The notes under the pieces are model-generated. The model had not been told where the DNA came from, searched no databases, and saw only the letters and a list, made by a program, of their open reading frames with translations. This document shows positions 57,405 to 64,000 of a DNA stretch of 64,000 nucleotides, in pieces (the first letter of the stretch is position 1; each line of letters opens with the position of its first letter). Location: positions 45,313 to 109,312 of the IMG/VR virus record IMGVR_UViG_3300017784_007549; one strand, 5' to 3'. This stretch comes from a virus. The translations under genes were made by a program, and so were the position numbers.

Positions 57405-59407
57405 TTTTTTCTCCTCATGATTCTGAGTGCTATCAAACCAAAAGCACCACCCAACACAAGCGATAATGTAGAAGGTTCTGGTATAACATTTACTATTCCA
57501 TCTGCATTAAAACTATTAACATCCCATGTGAGATTACTGTTTGCTGTATCAAGATCGGGTAGAGCAGCAAGAAGTACTGCATTGTCAAATGCTGATACAT
57601 CTATAGAAGCAAAATCAAACAAGTCGTAAACATCTCCCATAGCATAAGTATAATTATCTAAAGTTTCAAATGTAAATGCAGTACTTGCTCCAAGCGTTAG
57701 TAACGTAGTTACATTTATAGCATCGTAAGTCGTGCCTCTGGTAGTTGGTGCACCTAATTGGAATTGGAATGTTCCATTACTTCCATTTAACTCGTAGGCA
57801 GTTAGCAGACCCGGACTATTGCCCGGGGCCACAATACCGCCATTTAAAGTTAAACCTTGCACAATACCAGAGCCACCTAATGTACCCCCTGAATTTACTA
57901 TAACGTCTCCTGCGTTTCCATTGACTGATAGTAAGCTTCCGTTAATTGTTGCGCTTCCAATTGTTCCACCTAAATTTACTGTGCTAGTTCCAGAATTTAT
58001 TGTAGTTGTTCCTGCTGTGCCAGAAACCAATAGAGTACCACCGCCTACTGTTATAGACCCAACTGTACCGCCACTATCTACAAGTAAACTTCCGCTATTA
58101 ACAATTACTCCACCAGCAACTCCTTTGACTTGTAAGGTTCCACCAGAAACTATAGAAGAACTTGATAAAATAGAACCAGTTGTATTAACTAATAATTTTC
58201 CTTCTTGGATTGTTGTATTTCCATTATAAGAATTTATTGCTTCAAAAGTAGTTGTTCCAGTTCCTGTTTTCGTTAGTCCTCTTAGTACAGATGCTGTATT
58301 AAGCAGAGATCCTTTGAAGAGAAAATCACCAGCCCCACCAATAGTATTCACATCTGCAACTGTTGATCCAATGTCTAATGTACCATCGAACTGCACAGTT
58401 AAATTCGTGCTGTTGTTCATCAATCTTCTGCCACCGCTGGTATCTGTAGATGATGAGAGTGTGTTAGCAACATTGGTGAATTGTAACAATGTTTTGCCTC
58501 CTCCATGATTAGTGAAGCTCATGTTGTTGCCTTGATATTGATTCACAATAAAAGTGGTAATAGCATCTGGATTAGATCCTAACAAATCCAATGTGCCCAT
58601 AGTGGCTGTACTGCTTGATCCCTTGAAGCTGTTTGCAACAGACAGACCATTGGTCGTGTTGATTACCAGTTTAGGGGTAATTGTTGTTCCAGTTGCAGCT
58701 GCTATTGTTATTAGACCTGTACCTAATCCAGTACCACCATTCACATTCACAGTGCCTCCTCCTTTGATTTCAAAACCTCCACCCAGAGTGTTGGTGCCAT
58801 TGAATGTGACTGTGCCATTGCCTGTGTATAGCACTTTGCCAGCAGTGGAAGAACCTCCTTGTTTCAATTCATTGTTGAATGTGAATGTACCATCACCTGC
58901 TAATGTAACAGTTCTGGATGTACTAGAAGATGCAGTAGTGAGTGAAGCCACATTGTTGAACACCAATCCACCTCCTGCAGTTTGAAACCAAGTATTACTG
59001 TTATTAGCGTTTTCTACTAATATATTAAATGTCTGAGTAGCAATAGAATTGTTGGTAATACCTCCGCTGGATGACAATGTTTGGGCACCATTAAAACTAT
59101 TGATTAAATACGGGTTTGCGTTTGTGAGAAACGTTATGTTTCTTGCGGCTCTTGTAGAAGTTAATATAACAGTATTATTATTTGCTCCAAAATTACCAAA
59201 TTGAATTTCATCTGTTGTAGTACTAGAGCTAGTTGATGAAGGTTGAACTCCATTAGTCCAGCTTGTTGGTGATGTCCAATTTGTTCCAGTATTATTCCAA
59301 AGAAATACTACTGCATGAGATTCTTGGACGGCTCCAGACATTAAAAAAGCCGCAATTAATTTTGCGGCTGTGCTTTTTAGTACCTTTTTTAATAGGTTAT
59401 TTTTCAT
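57341..59407 (-). CDS. PEP-CTERM protein with autotransporter-associated beta-strand repeats
   Basis: Signal peptide; GLTKTGTGTTTFEAINSYNGNTTIQEGKL; GGTLGGSG; VAPGNSPG; VIPEPST + TM + RRKK. Confidence 0.9.
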   Translation of the reverse strand: MKNNLLKKVLKSTAAKLIAAFLMSGAVQESHAVVFLWNNTGTNWTSPTSWTNGVQPSSTSSSTTTDEIQFGNFGANNNTVILTSTRAARNITFLTNANPYLINSFNGAQTLSSSGGITNNSIATQTFNILVENANNSNTWFQTAGGGLVFNNVASLTTASSSTSRTVTLAGDGTFTFNNELKQGGSSTAGKVLYTGNGTVTFNGTNTLGGGFEIKGGGTVNVNGGTGLGTGLITIAAATGTTITPKLVINTTNGLSVANSFKGSSSTATMGTLDLLGSNPDAITTFIVNQYQGNNMSFTNHGGGKTLLQFTNVANTLSSSTDTSGGRRLMNNSTNLTVQFDGTLDIGSTVADVNTIGGAGDFLFKGSLLNTASVLRGLTKTGTGTTTFEAINSYNGNTTIQEGKLLVNTTGSILSSSSIVSGGTLQVKGVAGGVIVNSGSLLVDSGGTVGSITVGGGTLLVSGTAGTTTINSGTSTVNLGGTIGSATINGSLLSVNGNAGDVIVNSGGTLGGSGIVQGLTLNGGIVAPGNSPGLLTAYELNGSNGTFQFQLGAPTTRGTTYDAINVTTLLTLGASTAFTFETLDNYTYAMGDVYDLFDFASIDVSAFDNAVLLAALPDLDTANSNLTWDVNSFNADGIVNVIPEPSTLSLVLGGAFGLIALRIMRRKKCKPPTRFLKTQDYQNSLVSH

Positions 59408-59413
59408 ATACAG

Positions 59414-59944
59414 TTACTCCTTCTTGTCTTCATCTAAGTGAATAGACACCTCTTTGTAGATTTTGTTCATTTTATTTTTCTTTATTTTTTGAACGTATGT
59501 CCAGTCATTTAGCATAAAGTCCTCTACCACTATTATAGGATAAGTTTTATTGATGTACAACTTAATTTTTTCCCTATATTCTTTTTTATTTCCAATTTGA
59601 CATATTGGTGATGTTCCCCAGTTTGGATCATAGATCCATAAGTTATTCTTATACTCAAAAACACAAACGGCATGACCAATTATATTATCTATATCGTCTT
59701 TGTAATAAAATGTAAAACCATAAACATTGTTCCATATATCATTGTTTGTTTCTAATAAGAGATTACATTGAGATGCATAAATCATAGCATCAACAAAACA
59801 AGAATTTGGAAGGTTAGTCATGTTATTATATTTTTTCAATTCAAAACCAATTTTTAAACAAGAGACCCAAGATACGATTAATGTAACCCCAACAAGTAAT
59901 GTTTTTGTTTTCCAATTCCAAAGTTTATTTAATAAATTTATCAT
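59414..59944 (-). CDS. Membrane-anchored transglutaminase/papain-like protein
   Basis: N-terminal TM; putative Cys-His-Asp triad NSCF...GHAVCVF...IYDPN. Confidence 0.55.
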   Translation of the reverse strand: MINLLNKLWNWKTKTLLVGVTLIVSWVSCLKIGFELKKYNNMTNLPNSCFVDAMIYASQCNLLLETNNDIWNNVYGFTFYYKDDIDNIIGHAVCVFEYKNNLWIYDPNWGTSPICQIGNKKEYREKIKLYINKTYPIIVVEDFMLNDWTYVQKIKKNKMNKIYKEVSIHLDEDKKE

Positions 59945-60010
59945 CCAACTCGTATTTAAAATAAAAATTTTTTAATCTTTTATTTGTCATCTTATGACTT
60001 ACACTATTAT

Positions 60011-60703
60011 TTAATAATGAAGATAATTAAATCCTTTATGTTTTTTAAGGTAATTTAATATTTCTGGTGGTATTTTTGTTAATTGTCCTTTTTTAATACT
60101 TTCAATATTCTCTACATTGTATCCTTTTTTAGCAAGAAAATCATAAAAGAGTTTTTTATTATATGAATGAAATGGTTGATTTGAATTAAGTTGCCATTCT
60201 GTACGGCCATGTAAAGTATGAAAAGATATATTATCTATTCTAATGCCGTCTGTTATAAAAAGAAAAGCAATATCCCAACTTGGTGACCCTATAATAAAAT
60301 CTGGTATATTATCTTTATTTTCTTGATACCATTTTTTTGTTATACCAAATAAATCACAACATAATACTGGTTGGTATTTTATATTTTTAAGTTCGCTTTT
60401 ATTATATTTTTTAATTCTTTCTACGTTTTTTCTAACTGAAAAAAAATTTTCATTTGGGAATGTATCAAAATCTGTAATTAAACCTATATCAGTATTTGTA
60501 TATAAAATAATATCATCATCATTTATGCATTTAGAATAACCTATATCAAGTATATCTTTGAGATATGGAAGATTATGGATATTTCTTTTTAAATCTGAAT
60601 CATTTATAGGTATATTAATTATGTCACTACGATTCCAAGACTCTAAAGCATTTATTATTCTTGAATGTCCTATATTATGATTACTAAATACTCTATATAC
60701 CAT
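60011..60703 (-). CDS. GT-A-like protein
   Basis: LPYLKDIL, LYTNTDI, DLFG, IGSPSWD. Confidence 0.5.
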   Translation of the reverse strand: MVYRVFSNHNIGHSRIINALESWNRSDIINIPINDSDLKRNIHNLPYLKDILDIGYSKCINDDDIILYTNTDIGLITDFDTFPNENFFSVRKNVERIKKYNKSELKNIKYQPVLCCDLFGITKKWYQENKDNIPDFIIGSPSWDIAFLFITDGIRIDNISFHTLHGRTEWQLNSNQPFHSYNKKLFYDFLAKKGYNVENIESIKKGQLTKIPPEILNYLKKHKGFNYLHY

Positions 60704-60726
60704 AATATATTATATAAGAATTTAAA

Positions 60727-61608
60727 TTATTTTATATTTTTCTTAATTAATTCCTTAGAAACGCAATCATCAATTGGGCCTGTCATTTGAGCTACAGATT
60801 CATCTTCTTTATTGAACATTACATAATTATGAATTGTTATCATGTAATCTTCTGCTAATGCTGCGGTTTGTTGCAAGAATGGTTCTGTTAGATTTTCTTT
60901 TACCATTGGGTCATTTAATTTATTTAAAATGTTTTGAGCGTGAACTTGAATTGAATTTATAGATCCTACGATCATTTCATAAAAATCTTCTTTGTAATCT
61001 TCTAAATCTTCAATTTCTTCTGCTTGAGATAAAGAAGCGTCAATTTTAATAAGTTCGACTTGATCAAATTCTGTTTCGCCATCCCATTCGTATTCTTCGT
61101 TTAGGTAGTCTGATCCTTGGGCTTTTTTAAGAGCTTCTTGACTTGGGCGATCCTTTGAGCCTTTTGGCGCTGGGCGATAATTTTTACCCATTCTTTTTTT
61201 CTTTTGTTGGATGTTATACCAAAGACCTTTATTCTTAGCTTGAACGTCTATTTCTAAAGTAATTTCTTCTTCATTTTCAACTGAGCCGCAATTTGGTTTA
61301 CCACATGATCCTGTGATTTTACTAACTGGTTTTGCGCTCCACATTTTGCAACTCCAATAGTTAGCTTTATATTTTGGACCGGGATTATCACAGCCATGTC
61401 TTGCTCTAAAAGATTTGCGTCTTTCGGGATTATCTCTTTTGATAGACATATTTGGATCGCCAAAAGTAACTTTTACAATATTACCTTTATCGTTTTTTAC
61501 ATAAACGCCGAATTTCTTTTTGCTTCCAGAAGGAAGACGAAATGGTTTATTAAGTGGCGCCTTGCCTTTTTTTGCTGCTAGTATATTTTTTGAGAAATCA
61601 ATTTCCAT
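60727..61608 (-). CDS. Conserved phage hypothetical protein (start revised to ATG 61608)
   Basis: Basic modules VTFGDP...ERRKSFRARHGC...YWSC and GLWYNI, acidic C-terminus; GTGTAA at 61623-61628. Confidence 0.65.
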   Translation of the reverse strand: MEIDFSKNILAAKKGKAPLNKPFRLPSGSKKKFGVYVKNDKGNIVKVTFGDPNMSIKRDNPERRKSFRARHGCDNPGPKYKANYWSCKMWSAKPVSKITGSCGKPNCGSVENEEEITLEIDVQAKNKGLWYNIQQKKKRMGKNYRPAPKGSKDRPSQEALKKAQGSDYLNEEYEWDGETEFDQVELIKIDASLSQAEEIEDLEDYKEDFYEMIVGSINSIQVHAQNILNKLNDPMVKENLTEPFLQQTAALAEDYMITIHNYVMFNKEDESVAQMTGPIDDCVSKELIKKNIK

Positions 61609-61662
61609 ATTGTTTAATATAATTACACTATTTTTATGCAACAGTGATTGGGAAAATATTTA

Positions 61663-62730
61663 TTACACGGCTGGACAAACTTTCGTAGCTGTATAAGGAG
61701 ATGGCCATACGGCTTGCCAAGGAAATTGTGAAACAGTTGATGATGTCGCAAGTGGAATTCCAACATTGGTGTAAATCCATGGACTAGAAGTATTCGCCCT
61801 AGATAATGTTTCATCAAAATAAGTATAAAGATTTTCGTTTTCACGAGTTAAGACTCGTGATCCAACAGACCACCCTACCATTATAACTTTAGCATCATTA
61901 TTAGCACAGTCAGCAACGGTTGGATATTGAGAGCTAGAAGCTACCGATCCTACGTTAGTTATAATAACATCTTCAGGACTAGAATCTTTTGTTGGGTCAT
62001 TTGTATTAGCTAATAATAATAAAGTTGTACCAGATATATATCCCAAAGGAGCTGTGGGCTCGAATGGACTAGCGTATTGATAAAAAAATTGATTATCATT
62101 AATTCTTAAGTTTGTTATGTATCCTTGATAATCATAAGCTCCAATATCCCAAGGAGTACTACCACTATCAAAAAGATTACCAATTGTTATAACGCTATAT
62201 TCAGTATCGGGTGGAGAATAATCAACAAAATTTGCATCCAGTACTCCATTAATAAAAATAGACAATGTAGATGTTCCATCATATGAAACAGCAACATGTG
62301 TCCATTCATCTAATGGTATTTGACTAATTGAATTAAAAAATCTAGCCCCTCCAAGAGTACTATTATAGCGATAAAATGTTAATTTATTATTGAATAACTG
62401 CAATGACCAGTTATTTCCGCCACCTTCAGTATCTCCAATAATTATATCTCCATAAGTACCTTCAGGATTTCCGTTAGCATCTAGGCCAGCAATCGTCTTT
62501 ATTGATGTAGGTTTTATCCAAGCTTCTATAGTGAAAGGTTCAGCAGCTAAAATACTTATTACTTCACTTCTTGGTAATTGTAAAAATTGATTTGGATCAT
62601 TAAAAAATAAGCTTCCAACTGATGTAGTAGTCGTAGTATTAGTAGTCGTAGTATTAGTTATCTGAGCGCAAGATGAAGACTTTTTTCCTCTTCTAAAAGC
62701 CCCAAGTTGTTTTGTTTTTTTGACTATCAT
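61663..62730 (-). CDS. LamG/ConA-like domain protein, probable virion adhesin
   Basis: FTIEAWIKP, WTHVAVSYDG, IFINGVL, YQGYITNLRI; Thr-rich linker; no signal peptide. Confidence 0.85.
   Translation of the reverse strand: MIVKKTKQLGAFRRGKKSSSCAQITNTTTTNTTTTTSVGSLFFNDPNQFLQLPRSEVISILAAEPFTIEAWIKPTSIKTIAGLDANGNPEGTYGDIIIGDTEGGGNNWSLQLFNNKLTFYRYNSTLGGARFFNSISQIPLDEWTHVAVSYDGTSTLSIFINGVLDANFVDYSPPDTEYSVITIGNLFDSGSTPWDIGAYDYQGYITNLRINDNQFFYQYASPFEPTAPLGYISGTTLLLLANTNDPTKDSSPEDVIITNVGSVASSSQYPTVADCANNDAKVIMVGWSVGSRVLTRENENLYTYFDETLSRANTSSPWIYTNVGIPLATSSTVSQFPWQAVWPSPYTATKVCPAV
62626..62655. repeat. 15-bp tandem duplication encoding the Thr-rich linker
   Basis: agtagtcgtagtatt x2 (NTTTTNTTTT). Confidence 0.8.
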
Positions 62731-62750
62731 ATAGCCAATATAAAGTTAAA

Positions 62751-63092
62751 TTAACTTCTTTCCCAGCAAATATAATTTGGGTTAACTCCACTAACGCTAA
62801 CTATTCCTACATAATTAAGATCGCTTAAGCTTCCACCATCACCGCCTCCAGCATTAGTGCTCGAAGCTAGAACAAAATTAAATGAATTACCCGCAGCAGA
62901 AGCTCCATATTTTACATGAAGATGAGATGTTGATAAATTTTGAATATAAAGTTCTTCGCGATCAGCATTCGCTTGTAAAACTGTTCCATTTGTTCCGCTT
63001 ACTGTAAAATTAGATATTGGGTCTGCTGGAGTAGCATCGTAATCTAAATTTAATCTTTTTTCAGAAGCATCTGTTGTTGTGAGGTTAGACAT
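62751..63092 (-). CDS. Small beta-rich protein, probably virion-associated
   Basis: 113 aa, NADREELYIQNLS...VKYG; GTGTAA at 63104-63109. Confidence 0.6.
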   Translation of the reverse strand: MSNLTTTDASEKRLNLDYDATPADPISNFTVSGTNGTVLQANADREELYIQNLSTSHLHVKYGASAAGNSFNFVLASSTNAGGGDGGSLSDLNYVGIVSVSGVNPNYICWERS

Positions 63093-63171
63093 ATGAAATA
63101 TGATTACACATTAAATATAAAAATTGATAAGATTAAATTATCTATCTTATTCGATAAATTTCTAATATAAA

Positions 63172-63189
63172 TGGAGGCCAAGAGATTCG
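63172..63189 (-). pseudogene. Orphan 3' fragment of a tRNA/tmRNA
   Basis: Minus strand CGAAT-CTCTT-GGCCTCC-A: T-loop end, 5-nt T-stem strand, 7-nt acceptor strand and discriminator, in canonical spacing. Confidence 0.55.
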
Positions 63190-63197
63190 TTTTTACT

Positions 63198-63583
63198 TGG
63201 ACCCGGTATGAATTGAACATACGTCTTTTAAAAATCCAAATTAAAATACTACAAGTTTAGCTCTTTTTATTTTTAGCTTTGTATAGATAAAGAACAAACA
63301 TACTTAGCGAGTTTATTTTTGATATTGAATAAAAAAAGAATAAAAAAACTCTTTAAATTCAAACATCTAATTACGCAATATTCTATTAGATGTGTCATAG
63401 ATATCACGCTGTAACTTAAGCTACAGAAGCGGTCAACTCAACAAGAGAAACTCTTGCTGAAATGTGACCTTTATATTTTGCTGTTTTGGCAGTTGATATA
63501 ATTGAAACTTTTTAAGGAGTCCTCGCTTCAACCTCCACTTGCATTTTAATTCATATCTCTAAAATCGAAACCAGTACGGGCCC
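63198..63583 (-). ncRNA. ssrA: tmRNA (386 nt); tag (A)AKTAKYKGHISARVSLVELTASVA at 63490-63416
   Basis: Acceptor stem GGGCCCG/CGGGTCC-A with G3.U70; T-arm GTATG-TTCAATT-CATAC; 5' TACTGGTTTCGA; P2 ATTAAAATGC/GTATTTTAAT; PK1 GGAG/CTCC plus TTGAAGC/GTTTCAA; stop codon in the CTGTAGC-TTAA-GTTACAG loop; plausible PK2-4; CCA not encoded. Confidence 0.95.
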
Positions 63584-63605
63584 AATAAGAAAGAACTAAC
63601 TAACC

Positions 63606-63611
63606 TTACAC
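63606..63611 (-). promoter_or_regulatory. GTGTAA motif upstream of the tmRNA
   Basis: 22 nt upstream of the mature tmRNA 5' end. Confidence 0.6.
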
Positions 63612-63612
63612 A

Positions 63613-63822
63613 TTATAAAGCCTTTAATAATCTCTGGCAATCTTTTTTATAAACAAAATTAAATTTAATTCTTGAGCCATTCATATCAGATATTAATTGG
63701 GGTATTGCAATACATGGATATTGTTCTGGTAGTTCGTAGATATTATCATTACTAATATTATAATATTTAACACATTTACTTGAGTAAGCTGACCATCTGG
63801 TTTTATTTTTTACTATTTCCAT
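63613..63822 (-). CDS. Hypothetical protein
   Basis: 69 aa; preceded by a leaderless promoter. Confidence 0.65.
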   Translation of the reverse strand: MEIVKNKTRWSAYSSKCVKYYNISNDNIYELPEQYPCIAIPQLISDMNGSRIKFNFVYKKDCQRLLKAL

Positions 63823-63829
63823 TTATATT

Positions 63830-63872
63830 ATTATAAATAAAATTTGACAAAAGATCAAATCTAATCTATTAT
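63830..63872. promoter_or_regulatory. Overlapping divergent sigma70-type promoters
   Basis: Minus: TTGATC(63858-63853)-17-TATAAT(63835-63830), 7 nt to ATG. Plus: TTGACA(63844-63849)-17-TATTAT(63867-63872). Confidence 0.7.
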
Positions 63873-64000
63873 AAGTGAACATAGTTCCCAAATAGGACAG
63901 TTTGTTGATGTCAAAAAATCAACTATCAATCCCTGAGATAGCAATGTCATAAGGGCTGACAACTATTAAAACCTTCATTTGTACATAATATGGCTAAAGA

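Noticed and set aside
1-64000. Alternative genetic code (stop-codon reassignment)
   Set aside because: The standard code gives dense, full-length genes, and TAA, TAG and TGA all occur as gene ends

Overview
64 kb of a large, AT-rich tailed dsDNA phage genome (Caudoviricetes-like). No capsid, terminase or integrase gene is in the window. 1-17.3 kb (+): tail module with tape measure, tail-tip/baseplate-like proteins and an FG-GAP propeller fibre. 17.3-32.4 kb (-): replication/recombination (DnaE split into PHP, exonuclease and catalytic genes; DnaG, DnaB, ThyX, RecA-like, nucleases) plus two glycosyltransferases. 32.4-52.4 kb (-): a ~20 kb island of nucleotide-sugar enzymes, glycosyl-, methyl-, acetyl- and sulfotransferases with no membrane export/polymerase genes. 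52.4-63.1 kb (-): adhesin-like genes (BspA LRR, LamG) and a host-like envelope cassette (PEP-CTERM protein, H-X9-DG prepilin) pointing to a Verrucomicrobia/PVC host. 63.2-63.6 kb (-): a tmRNA not shown by the ORF track. Best candidates for new biology: (1) a putative virion O-glycosylation system, pairing about 15 soluble GT-like genes with tail proteins saturated with [S/T]-G dipeptides; (2) a phage tmRNA whose tag is doubled in length by an in-frame hairpin and is followed by an orphan tRNA-type 3' end; (3) a phage-borne PEP-CTERM/pseudopilin cassette; (4) two promoter classes, leaderless sigma70-type and a GTGTAA motif. All family assignments are by eye from motifs; no searches were run.
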